Source: a virus. Taken from it: a DNA stretch of 64,000 nt. Below the pieces are notes generated by a model. It had not been told where the DNA came from, made no database searches, and saw only the letters and a program-made list of their open reading frames with translations. This document shows, in pieces, positions 47,585 through 56,646 of this stretch. How positions within the stretch are numbered: position 1 is the stretch's first letter; each line of letters starts with the position of its first letter. The stretch spans positions 1 through 64,000 of the IMG/VR virus record IMGVR_UViG_3300013232_000047. One strand, written 5' to 3'. Position numbers and translations under genes: made by a program.

Positions 47585-47652
47585 ACCTGTCTACACGAGG
47601 GACAGTGGAAGTAATGATGGGAATGCTGCGAGTCCCCTTGGGCAAAGTTTTT

Positions 47653-47730
47653 CGAGCTGTAGCGTAGCCTAGTTAGCGCGTCTGTTTCGGGAACAGAAGG
47701 TCGTGAGTGCGAATCTCACCAGCTCGACCA
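47653..47730 (+). tRNA. tRNA-Pro(CGG)
   Basis: cloverleaf, loop TT-CGG-GA. Confidence 0.88.
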
Positions 47731-47732
47731 TC

Positions 47733-48235
47733 TTAAGCTGATAAGCCTCTTGGACCCGGCTCACCTTGTTCGCCTTGTTCGCCTTGAATACCTTGTATGC
47801 CCTGAATACCTTGACTACCTTGGGTGCCTTTATCTCCTTTTTTATCTTCTTTGTGACTGATAAAATAGAGTGCCATGACGTAAGCAGCTGAGTTTTGGCT
47901 TTTGGTTTTTGCGCTAGATCAAGGGTTGCGTTAACCAAGGCTTCTTCACGTAGCAGGTGTGCTCGTAGTTGGAGCACAGCTAGCACCATGAATGCGGAGA
48001 CAGATATCCCCACAACAGTGGTGATGTTTTCGTAAGGTTCGCCGTGCCATTGAAAGCCGACTTCAGCTAGGCTTAATAGCCGACGAGCCAGAACAAATAG
48101 ATTTAAACCCATTAGGGCGTACCAAAGTTTTGGCGGTGTAAGTCTGCGAAGTGGCCGGGCTAAAAAAGTGGCAACAATTTGCAGTAAAATAGCCGTAACA
48201 GACATTGAGAATTGAATAATGTCTAGCGTCGTCAT
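47733..48235 (-). CDS. 3-TM membrane protein with collagen-like tail in -1 frame
   Basis: three hydrophobic helices; A AAA AAG at 47843-47837 leads into (G-X-Y)n repeat ending at 47733. Confidence 0.65.
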
Positions 48236-48277
48236 CGCTTTAACTACGTTTAGCTTTTTAAGCGGACTCGTTATTTT

Positions 48278-48355
48278 CGGGGTGTAGCGAAGTTAGCCTA
48301 ACGCGCCTGATTTGGGGTCAGGAGATCATCGGTGCGAATCCGATCACCCCGACCA
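48278..48355 (+). tRNA. tRNA-Pro(TGG)
   Basis: cloverleaf, loop TT-TGG-GG. Confidence 0.88.
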
Positions 48356-48361
48356 TTTTAT

Positions 48362-48438
48362 TGCTAGGTAGCTCAAATTAGTCGAGCGCGATATTGTTAA
48401 TATCGAAGATGTTGGTGCGAATCCGACCCTAGCAGCCA
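48362..48438 (+). tRNA. tRNA-Asn(GTT)
   Basis: cloverleaf, loop TT-GTT-AA. Confidence 0.88.
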
Positions 48439-48440
48439 TT

Positions 48441-48848
48441 TTAGTTAGGGTACTTCGGCAGGTTGTTGGCTCTAGCTTGATCCTCGTACCAGCTGATTTC
48501 ATCTCGGAGTTTGGCTAGATGTTCAGCTAGTTTTTCTGCGACACAATCGCACGCGTTTCCGTTTAAGTTGAGTGATTTCCGCAATGCTGCTTTGCGAAGC
48601 ACAAATTTGTATACAGCTAACGTGGAAATTAAGGCTACGAGTGCGATGCCGTTGGCCGTGACAACGCTGAACCAGTCTGACAGTTTTAAGGTTTCACAGA
48701 TACGGTGCAAGAACATTATGACGAAGCCTAGAAATACTGCCAACCATGTCTGCATGTTTATCTTACGCCAGCAGAGACACCATACAATAACTGCGACCAT
48801 TTGTAGCATCAGTGCGAGCGTCACAAAAATTGATACAGTAGTGCTCAC
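48441..48848 (-). CDS. 3-TM membrane protein (paralog-like to 47733..48235)
   Basis: three hydrophobic helices, LQ.VA and W..R motifs shared. Confidence 0.7.
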   Translation of the reverse strand: MSTTVSIFVTLALMLQMVAVIVWCLCWRKINMQTWLAVFLGFVIMFLHRICETLKLSDWFSVVTANGIALVALISTLAVYKFVLRKAALRKSLNLNGNACDCVAEKLAEHLAKLRDEISWYEDQARANNLPKYPN

Positions 48849-48862
48849 AGACTAACTATCAT

Positions 48863-48938
48863 GCTCCCGTGGCCGAGTACACGAGGCATTCGCCTTCTGA
48901 GCGAATAAACGCAGGTGGGATTCCTGCCGGGAGTACCA
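48863..48938 (+). tRNA. tRNA-Arg(TCT)
   Basis: cloverleaf, loop CT-TCT-GA. Confidence 0.88.
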
Positions 48939-48948
48939 ATTTTTAGAT

Positions 48949-49038
48949 GGAGGATTGGCTGAGTACTTAAAGCATCGGTCTTGAAAACCGAAGTCTGCCT
49001 TAAAAGCAGCGCAGGTGGAAATCCTGCATCCTCCGCCA
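48949..49038 (+). tRNA. tRNA-Ser(TGA)
   Basis: loop CT-TGA-AA, long V arm, G73. Confidence 0.9.
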
Positions 49039-49189
49039 CTTTGTGAGTAGCGCCCGCGCAGCGCTACGTTCCTGCCAAAATCCACGAGTAGCCAGCGGCT
49101 GGCCAGCCAACAGCTACAAACCTCGCTACAGAGGGTAACGCATTGGATATTCTGTTGGTGAAAATCCACGGGGCAGGACACAAACTTTT

Positions 49190-49277
49190 GGAAGATTGGC
49201 CGAGTCCAGTAAGGCACCGGCTTGGAAAGCCGGAGTCGTCGCAAGGCGCGTGAGAGCGAAGCTCACATCTTCCGCCA
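49190..49277 (+). tRNA. tRNA-Ser(GGA)
   Basis: loop TT-GGA-AA, long V arm. Confidence 0.88.
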
Positions 49278-49291
49278 TTTGTAATTAAGAC

Positions 49292-49444
49292 ATGGCAACA
49301 CCAACAACAGGTCAAGTCGGTATGCCGGTGGAAGTGGTATTTGATGGGACTAATTTTCCGTCACCGGAGCCGCTGGTAGACTCAACAGATGCAGGTGAAC
49401 CTGTGAAGTATGTTCCAACGCCGGGCGCAGCAGATGATGCTTAA
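49292..49444 (+). CDS. small acidic protein (50 aa, not in ORF track)
   Basis: MATPTTGQVG...AADDA*, GTAATTAAG motif 11 nt upstream, fills gap between tRNAs. Confidence 0.6.
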   Translation: MATPTTGQVGMPVEVVFDGTNFPSPEPLVDSTDAGEPVKYVPTPGAADDA

Positions 49445-49445
49445 T

Positions 49446-49533
49446 GGAAGATTGGCCGAGTACTAAGGCTCCCGCCTCGAAAGCGGAGGACTAGGGTAAC
49501 CTAGCGCAGGTGGGATTCCTGCATCTTCCGCCA
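49446..49533 (+). tRNA. tRNA-Ser(CGA)
   Basis: loop CT-CGA-AA, long V arm. Confidence 0.88.
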
Positions 49534-49536
49534 TTT

Positions 49537-49863
49537 TTATGGAATTACGATATACCTTGGTTCTACAATGACCGCATCTCGCTGGTCCAATTTGGCGTAG
49601 GCGATGATGTAATCTGAAGTCAGTGTAACAGTTCCATTGCTGGTGTCTGACAAATTGGTTACCCCTGCTGTGGCTGAGGGATTCTTTTCCAGTCCGACCA
49701 TGTATGCTGTCAAGTCTTGTCCTGAAAGAGTTTGAATTGGAGGGCTATCTGCACCTACGACATTCGGCCCTGTCGTGACTGGTTGGCCGATGGCGTTGCG
49801 GCCTGCTACTGAAACAGCTCCAGCGGCTCCCGGCCCGGAGTAATTCTTTGAGTCGTATGTCAT
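49537..49863 (-). CDS. putative virion protein
   Basis: 108-aa ORF with GTAGTTAAG motif. Confidence 0.65.
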   Translation of the reverse strand: MTYDSKNYSGPGAAGAVSVAGRNAIGQPVTTGPNVVGADSPPIQTLSGQDLTAYMVGLEKNPSATAGVTNLSDTSNGTVTLTSDYIIAYAKLDQRDAVIVEPRYIVIP

Positions 49864-49888
49864 ACCTTAACTACGATTTGGTTCTTGG

Positions 49889-50254
49889 ATGTACATGTAC
49901 ATTAAGCCAAAAGTCTACAAAAAGGGTTGGGGCCGTGAACACTGGCTACACAATTCTGAGAAATACGCCTTCAAGATTTTGGAGTTCAAAAAGGGTGGAC
50001 GTAGCAGTCTCCACTTTCACGCGAAGAAAACGAAGACGTGGTTCGTTGAGTCTGGTGGGTTTGAGGTAGTGTTTGTAGACGGTGCGAATGCAAAGCGCAT
50101 CAAGCTTACAGTTACCCAAGGTATGGTGTTTCACATTCTGCCCGGCATTCCGCACCAAGTTCGTTGCTTTATGGCGGGTAGAATATTTGAGGCTAGCACC
50201 CAGCACTTTGAGGACGACAGTTATCGCATCGAAAAAGGCGGTATCTGCCATTGA
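49889..50254 (+). CDS. cupin (mannose-6-phosphate isomerase-like)
   Basis: KGWGRE, SSLHFH..K, PG.PH, EAST...DDSYR. Confidence 0.85.
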   Translation: MYMYIKPKVYKKGWGREHWLHNSEKYAFKILEFKKGGRSSLHFHAKKTKTWFVESGGFEVVFVDGANAKRIKLTVTQGMVFHILPGIPHQVRCFMAGRIFEASTQHFEDDSYRIEKGGICH

Positions 50255-50257
50255 TTT

Positions 50258-50382
50258 TGACGGGTCGAACTGAATACGGGTTATCATATGTAAAATGAAC
50301 AACGTGAGTTCAATTCTCACCCATGGCTCCAAATGCCATGGCCTTGGAGGTAAACACTCCGTGTCTAAAACCTTACCCGTCA
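50258..50382 (+). ncRNA. Y RNA (YrlA-like, T arm + closed acceptor stem)
   Basis: TGACGGGTCGAA...GGTTATC...GTGAG-TTCAATT-CTCAC-CCATGGC/GCCATGG...CCTTACCCGTCA. Confidence 0.75.
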
Positions 50383-50387
50383 TTATC

Positions 50388-50463
50388 GGTCAGTTAGCTC
50401 ATTTGGTAGAGCAGCGTCTCGATAAGGCGCAGGCGGCTGGATCGTAGCCAGCACTGACCACCA
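50388..50463 (+). tRNA. tRNA-Ile(GAT)
   Basis: cloverleaf, loop TC-GAT-AA. Confidence 0.88.
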
Positions 50464-50469
50464 ATTTAC

Positions 50470-50545
50470 GTCGGAGTAGCTCAGATGGAAGAGCAGAAGA
50501 CTGAAAATCTTCGTGTCACCAGCTCGAAACTGGTCTCCGGCACCA
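50470..50545 (+). tRNA. tRNA-Phe(GAA)
   Basis: cloverleaf, loop CT-GAA-AA. Confidence 0.9.
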
Positions 50546-50548
50546 TTT

Positions 50549-50612
50549 CTGCGAGTCGAACAGCATCGGTTATCTTTGGATGAAAATCCGATGCGAATTA
50601 ACTTACTTGCAG
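50549..50612 (+). ncRNA. minimal Y RNA
   Basis: CTGCGAGTCGAA-CA-GCATCGG-TTATC...CCGATGC...CTTACTTGCAG. Confidence 0.7.
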
Positions 50613-50616
50613 GATT

Positions 50617-50695
50617 GTCCGTGAGCGCAAAGTCGTCGAGCGACCTGCCCTTCAAGCAGGAAATCTAAGGGGTGCGAGTCCCCTCACGGATACCA
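50617..50695 (+). tRNA. tRNA-Glu(TTC), atypical
   Basis: loop CC-TTC-AA, acceptor GTCCGTG/CACGGAT. Confidence 0.8.
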
Positions 50696-50702
50696 ATTTA
50701 AC

Positions 50703-50777
50703 GGCCCGTTCGGCTATCAGCTAGGCCATCGGATTCTCAATCCGGGAAAGCGAGGGCGGCACTCGCACGGGCTACCA
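50703..50777 (+). tRNA. tRNA-Glu(CTC)
   Basis: loop TT-CTC-AA. Confidence 0.85.
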
Positions 50778-50792
50778 TCTTGTAATTAGGAT

Positions 50793-51236
50793 ATGACACG
50801 TGTTGAGTTTATTGTAGCTTCTTTGCTGGAATCTCCGGTGCGTGTGAGGCTTACGCATCTAGAGCCGAAGGGTCCTCCTGTTTGGAAGAAGCCCGCTGAA
50901 ATTCGAATGGTGCGGCTACAACCTGTGGACGAGTGGACTTCTTTTTGGAGCAACGGACACGGTGCTGTAAACGTGAAAGACCGTTTGAAGCGCGAACATT
51001 GGGATGCTTATCTGTCAGCGATGCGAGCTTTGAATGCTTATTTGAAACGTGAGTCGTTTATGGTAGATGCTTCTGGTTGGACGCTTAAAATGCCAGATGG
51101 CTACTGTATCGTTGGTAAGGGATCGCAAGGTGTTAGCTTTTTTGGTTCGGATATGTCTTCAAGAGAAAGAGGCAAAGAGATGGATAACCCTATCCTTCCT
51201 GAGTACGAAAATCGCACGTGGCGAAGGGGCTTTTAA
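50793..51236 (+). CDS. putative virion protein
   Basis: MTRVEFIVASLLES motif; GTAATTAGG upstream. Confidence 0.7.
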   Translation: MTRVEFIVASLLESPVRVRLTHLEPKGPPVWKKPAEIRMVRLQPVDEWTSFWSNGHGAVNVKDRLKREHWDAYLSAMRALNAYLKRESFMVDASGWTLKMPDGYCIVGKGSQGVSFFGSDMSSRERGKEMDNPILPEYENRTWRRGF

Positions 51237-51287
51237 ATAACTGTTTTTTCTAGTTGACGAACAGATTAAATCTGTTACTTTTATCAC

Positions 51288-51509
51288 ATGAACGCGAAAT
51301 TTTTAGCTGAATCTATAAACAATGTGAGTGATGTTAAAGACGCATGTCGTCATCTGCGCACCGTGAGTGTTGTTGAGCGCGATGCAGCGTGTGGCCAAAT
51401 CCACGACGCTTGCTGCAGACTAAATGACAAGCTGTGTCACCAATACGCTAGTGACGCGATGTACTTTACTCTCTTTGGTAAAGAATTCGTAAAAGCTTTG
51501 CCCCTGTAA
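51288..51509 (+). CDS. hypothetical protein
   Basis: 73-aa ORF after TTTTCTAG-TTGACG...TACTTT promoter. Confidence 0.6.
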   Translation: MNAKFLAESINNVSDVKDACRHLRTVSVVERDAACGQIHDACCRLNDKLCHQYASDAMYFTLFGKEFVKALPL

Positions 51510-51525
51510 GTTTCGCCTATCACTT

Positions 51526-52188
51526 CTATTGCTTCGGTGGTCTACATGCTGGCGTGTACTGACCACCGTTTTCACGTAAAGCCTGTAGCGCGGCAACTAT
51601 CGGCACAGGTCTTCGCCCCATTCCAGAGTACCAGTAATGCGTTACTAAGGCGTCGGGGCAGAACGTTGAATCTGGGTTTTGTATAACAGCATCGGAGACT
51701 ATGTCTACATTTTCGTGAATAACGTTGAAATCACCTAGTATAGCTTTGAACGTATGTTGTTCCCAGAGCTGGTTACTGCTGAATCGTTGGTGAGATGCTA
51801 ATGACATTTCGCCCAAAAACAGCCATGTGGCCAAAAGTTGAACTGACCAAGCACAGTTTTTAAGGGCGAATACGCCGCAGCATACGCCACAAGAATCTGA
51901 AGAAATCAGCATTGGTTTTACAGTGCTTTGGAACAGATCTACGAGTGTGCGTTGCCTGTTTACGAATACCGCATCTGCATCAATCCAGAATATCCAGTCA
52001 CAATTGGCTATTTCCTGCTGGATTACGCGTAACTTGTTCCACGAAGGATTCAGGTTAGGATCAGGTAAGCTTCGATAGCACACGAAATCATAGCCGTGGC
52101 TCTGCGCGTAATGCCGATTGAGTTCGCAGGTGACGTCGCCGATGGCGCTCATTGCGTCATCATAAAGTGTCACGATTTTAATGCGCAT
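51526..52188 (-). CDS. glycosyltransferase (GT34/MNN10-like)
   Basis: YAQSHGY, SWNKL, WIFWIDADA, WEQ. Confidence 0.85.
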   Translation of the reverse strand: MRIKIVTLYDDAMSAIGDVTCELNRHYAQSHGYDFVCYRSLPDPNLNPSWNKLRVIQQEIANCDWIFWIDADAVFVNRQRTLVDLFQSTVKPMLISSDSCGVCCGVFALKNCAWSVQLLATWLFLGEMSLASHQRFSSNQLWEQHTFKAILGDFNVIHENVDIVSDAVIQNPDSTFCPDALVTHYWYSGMGRRPVPIVAALQALRENGGQYTPACRPPKQ

Positions 52189-52189
52189 G

Positions 52190-53320
52190 CTAGTCTGGCA
52201 AGTCGCCGTGCTTTTTAAGTTCTTCGAGTTTTGGAGCGGGATCTGCGAGTCCGCCGATGACGGTGTAGACTGTCAGGTTGTCCTTGTTGCCTCGGTAAAT
52301 GCCACGGTGTACCGTATTTCCCGGCTTAAGCATGCGATTCATTTGATCAAAAGCGTGATCGAGGTTCAGCTGCGGTATCGAGGAAAGAACACCTACTCCG
52401 CCGATAATGACTACCCCGGCTACGCTGCCTGTGCCCAAGTCCACGTCTCCGGAAAGCAGGTTTTTCTTCAGATTGTTGCGGACGGCATAGCTGATGTCCG
52501 TGGCGTCATTCCATTTTACGACAGGCGTTGCACCGAAGGTAATGAGACCTGAGTCAAATACCGTCTTTAGATCATTCACGTCAAAGCTGCTGTAGTGGCT
52601 GTGTTTTACAGACACCGTGTTGAACAGGTGAAGCAGGCTGCATACGCTCATGTTTGCAGTGTCCCAGAACGGGTCTACGGCAAGCGATGGATACATCTTT
52701 CCGATCTTCTCGTTGTCACAGATAATGAGGGGGGATATGACGCCTTTATCCCGGAGGAATAGCAGATCCTTTAAGGTGTTGTAGGCATTTACACTGACTT
52801 TCTTACCTTCTGAAATCTTGGGTAAGGCAACGATGACACCCACTTTTTCGGAAGGGCAGCGAAGGGCTTTCTGAAGTTCGACGGCGGTGTCTACAAGGTG
52901 TACTGCAGTGCCAGCGCCGGTTCCTCCGCCCGCTCCTACGCAGACGAAGATGCGCTCAAAGCCCTGACCAAATGAACGGCGCATAAAATCAAGGACATCT
53001 TCCTTGCGTTCATGCATAAGCGCCTTGGCTACTGACGGGTTCTTACCTGCGCCTCCAGTGCCAAAGCATAGCTTGCGATCAGCTGGCAATTGGATATGGG
53101 TTAGGTCTTGTTCTGCTGTGTTGATACAGCAGACGCGTTTGTATCCCATTTTGTAAAATGTGGCAGCTAGCCGGGAGCCACCTTGGCCGCTGCCAATGAA
53201 GGCGAATTTGAAACCAGCCTGAAAGTCGTCAATAATTTCTTGATTTGCGACTTCTTCGGGCATTGGGATTTCTGGCACATTTACGTCAAATTCTACTGCG
53301 TTATTGGCTTCATCACTCAT
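52190..53320 (-). CDS. tubulin/FtsZ-superfamily GTPase
   Basis: IGSGQGG, INT, GAGKNP, GAGGGTGAG signature, DN. Confidence 0.9.
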   Translation of the reverse strand: MSDEANNAVEFDVNVPEIPMPEEVANQEIIDDFQAGFKFAFIGSGQGGSRLAATFYKMGYKRVCCINTAEQDLTHIQLPADRKLCFGTGGAGKNPSVAKALMHERKEDVLDFMRRSFGQGFERIFVCVGAGGGTGAGTAVHLVDTAVELQKALRCPSEKVGVIVALPKISEGKKVSVNAYNTLKDLLFLRDKGVISPLIICDNEKIGKMYPSLAVDPFWDTANMSVCSLLHLFNTVSVKHSHYSSFDVNDLKTVFDSGLITFGATPVVKWNDATDISYAVRNNLKKNLLSGDVDLGTGSVAGVVIIGGVGVLSSIPQLNLDHAFDQMNRMLKPGNTVHRGIYRGNKDNLTVYTVIGGLADPAPKLEELKKHGDLPD

Positions 53321-53347
53321 AACTTAGATACAGAACAGATTTTTAGT

Positions 53348-53423
53348 GCTCCCGTAGCTCAGTTTATAGAGCGTCGCTTTCCTAGGGCGAATGTCGCTGG
53401 CGAGATCCCAGCCGGGAGTGCCA
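53348..53423 (+). tRNA. tRNA-Arg(CCT)
   Basis: loop TT-CCT-AG. Confidence 0.87.
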
Positions 53424-54105
53424 ATTTATTCACGGCAAGGGACTGAGTTTGTTTAAGGGAGTCTGTGGGGGTGCGTGATGTCATATTTTCGGTCTCTATT
53501 GGAGTACCGTTCATAAAGTAATAGCAGGACATGTCTGGGTGATTGTCCCACGTCATGTTGAGTCGTTTCAAAACGTGCATGTTGATACGGTCCGTAGACA
53601 AGTAATCTGCCCAACCCGTTGGTCCGAAGTCAGTATCTGCGTGGCCACCGCCGAAAGCCCATGTGTGCCAGTCTTTGTAAGCGTCATCAAGGAGAACTTG
53701 GCTATTAAAAATGCGTTCGGCGGCGCTGCGCCAGAAGCCTTGGCAGCCTCCTTGGATGTGTTCCTGAATGTGATTTTTACCCAGTAGGGTGCCAAAGCAG
53801 TCAGCTGCAGGGATGACTTTAAGCGGTCTATTTACGTGAGCATCTGGATCTATTTTGAAGATGAGCTCACCTTGTTCCTTTAAGCCTTCTCGAAATAAAC
53901 GGTCCCACCAAAGGGCTCCGCTGGCTTGATTTTTCATGGGAGTGCTTTGAACGAATCGGGCATTTATGTCCATTAGATCAGATCGAATTCTATCTGCAAT
54001 TAGCACGATTGAAGCCGTCGGGTATGCGCGGTAGATCAGATCAACTGATTCTTGAATGGCTACTTTTTGTTCACAAGCGACAGTCATCGCCCAAATAGTT
54101 TTCAT
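53359..54105 (-). CDS. glycosyltransferase-like protein
   Basis: FKIDPDA, IQGGCQ; C-terminal end runs antisense over tRNA. Confidence 0.65.
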   Translation of the reverse strand: MKTIWAMTVACEQKVAIQESVDLIYRAYPTASIVLIADRIRSDLMDINARFVQSTPMKNQASGALWWDRLFREGLKEQGELIFKIDPDAHVNRPLKVIPAADCFGTLLGKNHIQEHIQGGCQGFWRSAAERIFNSQVLLDDAYKDWHTWAFGGGHADTDFGPTGWADYLSTDRINMHVLKRLNMTWDNHPDMSCYYFMNGTPIETENMTSRTPTDSLKQTQSLAVNKLALPAGISPATFALGKRRSIN

Positions 54106-54125
54106 AGCGTATTAGAACTTAATTT

Positions 54126-54201
54126 GCTCGCGTAGCTCAGTTTATAGAGCGCAGCCCTGCGAAGGCTGAGGTCGTTGGTGAGACTCCAACCGCGAGCACC
54201 A
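54126..54201 (+). tRNA. tRNA-Arg(GCG)
   Basis: loop CT-GCG-AA. Confidence 0.87.
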
Positions 54202-54244
54202 TCGTATTTAAAAAGACGGTTACCGTTCTTTCTAGTAACAGTAT

Positions 54245-54862
54245 ATGATACGAAAATTATTTACGCCGTTGTTTACACCAATGTCTGATGCAGGCATGCT
54301 AGATCCGGGTAGGGCTGTAAACATTGCTCACTACGCTCTTCAGTGCTCAGAACTGCCGGGTGCAATGGTTGAGTTTGGATGCTATAACGGTTGTTCATCT
54401 GCAGTCTTAGCGGTAGTGGCTGATAAGCCGCTTTACGTCTATGACAGCTTTGAGGGGTTGCCAGAGCGTGCGCCACAAGATGTAGGAGCACACGAATCAT
54501 TCAAAGCTGGATCGCTGGCTGTCGGCGAACATGAGATTCATGCTCTTTTTGCCAAATACGATCTGCGCAAGCCGATTGTTTGGAAGCTCTGGTTTAATCA
54601 GGTTGGACCTGAGCATCTGCCAGAGAGCATCTGTTTTGCTTATCTGGACGGTGATTTTTACACCAGCATTCGCGATAGTTTGAGCCTCGTTTATCCACGG
54701 ATGGTGCCGGGTGCAGCCTGCATCATTGACGACTACGGTTGGGAGGCTTTGAGTGGTGTTAAGATCGCAGTTGATGAATACATGGCTGATAAGCCTGAAA
54801 AGGTGAAACAGCTCGTGACTGGGAATCCTAGTGGTCTTCACGCCGTTTTCATAAAGATTTAG
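54245..54862 (+). CDS. TylF/MycF-family O-methyltransferase
   Basis: GAMVEFGCYNG, DSFEGLP, LDGDFY.S, IIDDY. Confidence 0.9.
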   Translation: MIRKLFTPLFTPMSDAGMLDPGRAVNIAHYALQCSELPGAMVEFGCYNGCSSAVLAVVADKPLYVYDSFEGLPERAPQDVGAHESFKAGSLAVGEHEIHALFAKYDLRKPIVWKLWFNQVGPEHLPESICFAYLDGDFYTSIRDSLSLVYPRMVPGAACIIDDYGWEALSGVKIAVDEYMADKPEKVKQLVTGNPSGLHAVFIKI

Positions 54863-54869
54863 TCAGTAG

Positions 54870-54943
54870 ATCCCGCTTGCATAATAGAAGTGCCTGAATC
54901 CTACAAATTCAAGGTGGCGGTGCGACTCCGTCGCGGGATACCA
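54870..54943 (+). tRNA. tRNA-Val(TAC)
   Basis: loop CC-TAC-AA. Confidence 0.8.
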
Positions 54944-54947
54944 TTTT

Positions 54948-55023
54948 GCCAGTATGCCTCAGCAGCTACAGGATTGGTTTTGTAAACCAATATTCGGCGG
55001 TGCGAGTCCGCCTACTGGCTCCA
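54948..55023 (+). tRNA. tRNA-Thr(TGT)
   Basis: loop TT-TGT-AA. Confidence 0.85.
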
Positions 55024-55026
55024 GAT

Positions 55027-55103
55027 GTGGCCGTAGCTCAATTTAGCTAGAGCCGTGGATTGTGAATCCACCTATACGGATGCGAATTCCGTCGGCCACC
55101 CCA
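55027..55103 (+). tRNA. tRNA-His(GTG)
   Basis: loop TT-GTG-AA, C73. Confidence 0.88.
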
Positions 55104-55107
55104 AGTC

Positions 55108-55182
55108 AGCCCGTTGGTCGAGTAGTAAGGCATCCGTCTGCAAAACGGAATTACGCTGGTGCGATTCCAGTACGGGCTTCCA
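55108..55182 (+). tRNA. tRNA-Cys(GCA)
   Basis: loop CT-GCA-AA, U73. Confidence 0.88.
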
Positions 55183-55202
55183 ATTTGTTTTGTATTTAGG
55201 GC

Positions 55203-55547
55203 ATGTTCAGTATCGCACGCGTTATGCAATCCAATGTTTTTAAAGTGGTTAGAGCGCTTCTTGAAAATGAGAAAATTCCTGCCCCAACAGGAAGCGGTCG
55301 CATCGTGCGCATAAGAACACCTGAAGGTGAAATCAAAGGCAACTGGAATGGCTACTATGATCTGCGTCATGTTGGTGCCGGTACGCATCATTCTATTGGC
55401 TATATAGACGCAAATGGCCAGTGGACTCATGGGATGCTCAAATCCGGTTACGAGCTTTTAGATCCAGTGCCTTCTTTCGAAGAATGGACTAAAGAAAATG
55501 AGCGTAAGGACGCGGAGCGCAGAGCTCGTAAGGATCAGATATACTAG
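55203..55547 (+). CDS. putative virion protein
   Basis: VFKVVRALLENE motif; GTATTTAGG upstream. Confidence 0.65.
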   Translation: MFSIARVMQSNVFKVVRALLENEKIPAPTGSGRIVRIRTPEGEIKGNWNGYYDLRHVGAGTHHSIGYIDANGQWTHGMLKSGYELLDPVPSFEEWTKENERKDAERRARKDQIY

Positions 55548-55557
55548 AAATTTTAAT

Positions 55558-55632
55558 GCGGCATAGGTGCTGATAGACGCACGTGAGTTTTCCGAACTTG
55601 AGGAGTGGGCGCGATACCCACATGCCGCTCCA
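55558..55632 (+). tRNA. tRNA-Gly(TCC)
   Basis: loop TT-TCC-GA. Confidence 0.83.
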
Positions 55633-55716
55633 GATGTCACGCATTGGATACGTCACGGTGTGACCCGGCCTGTAGCCGGGATATTGTTGGTGTGATCTCA
55701 GTGCGTGGCTTTATTT

Positions 55717-55787
55717 CGCAGCAGGTCAAGTGACTGCGATGGTCCCATAAGCCGTCTAGCCCGGCGCGATACCGGGTGCTGCGACCA
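55717..55787 (+). tRNA. tRNA-Met(CAT), atypical short D arm
   Basis: loop CC-CAT-AA, acceptor CGCAGCA/TGCTGCG. Confidence 0.7.
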
Positions 55788-55819
55788 CTTTTTTCAAGGT
55801 AATGTGCGTAGTTAAGACG

Positions 55820-56488
55820 ATGAATCCGAATTATAATCCGAATGTTGCCGGTGCTGAAAGAACCAGCATTTTCAGTTGGGCTTATCATCCGACTGGTTAC
55901 GTAAACACTGACGCTGGACCTTCGGCAGCTGGAATGGACCCGGATTTGGAAATCGGAACAGCCGGGACAACTACGTCTGCGCTCAGCTGGCTTATCTCTG
56001 GGAGGTTTACACAGAGCGGCACAGGCATGGGTGGTATGGGCCTCGTGTTTCCTGCTGTGGGCACGGCTGCAACGACAGGTGATGGCAACTACGCTATTAC
56101 GGTGCCTGATGGCTATAGTGGCACGGCTACTCCGCTTGGAATCGGTGGAACATTTTCACCTCTTTTCCGAGTGTATACAAATGTTGCGGCCAGCGCGATT
56201 AATCAGGATTACGCTTTCACACCTACACCTTCAGCTTCGATCCTTATTTCAGGCACTATTGCTGAAGACGGCACAGGTTTTAGCACAGCTATTCTTGCCA
56301 CTGGTTTGTTACCAACCTTCTGGAGTGCTTCTAACGGCAGCTACGGTATATCTGTAGATTCTGGATATAGCGGCACAATTCGTCCTGTTCACATTGTTGC
56401 GGGTACATTCGTGCCTGAAAACCGTGTATACACCAACGTTCTGGCTCCTTACACTGCTCAGAATTTCGCTTACTCTGGCACAGTCTAA
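55820..56488 (+). CDS. putative virion decoration protein with beta-sandwich repeats
   Basis: repeats shared with 44185..45252; GTAGTTAAG at 55808. Confidence 0.7.
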   Translation: MNPNYNPNVAGAERTSIFSWAYHPTGYVNTDAGPSAAGMDPDLEIGTAGTTTSALSWLISGRFTQSGTGMGGMGLVFPAVGTAATTGDGNYAITVPDGYSGTATPLGIGGTFSPLFRVYTNVAASAINQDYAFTPTPSASILISGTIAEDGTGFSTAILATGLLPTFWSASNGSYGISVDSGYSGTIRPVHIVAGTFVPENRVYTNVLAPYTAQNFAYSGTV

Positions 56489-56494
56489 TTTTAC

Positions 56495-56570
56495 GCCTCC
56501 CTAGCTCAACTACTAGAGCATCTGGCTCTTAACCAGAATGTTGTGAGTGGAAATCTCACGGGTGGCACCA
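56495..56570 (+). tRNA. tRNA-Lys(CTT)
   Basis: loop CT-CTT-AA. Confidence 0.87.
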
Positions 56571-56573
56571 TTT

Positions 56574-56645
56574 GCCGATACCGCCAGCGCGGATGCGAGT
56601 TCCGTAAACTTGCAGTGGTTGGAGCGACACCAACTATCGGCTCCA
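56574..56645 (+). tRNA. tRNA-Thr(CGT), atypical
   Basis: loop TC-CGT-AA, short D arm. Confidence 0.75.
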
Positions 56646-56646
56646 C

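Noticed and set aside
47568-47643. Degenerate tRNA (GCCCAAG/CTTGGGC ends)
   Set aside because: No convincing D arm, 7-nt anticodon loop or CCA, and it overlaps the end of the PAS gene.
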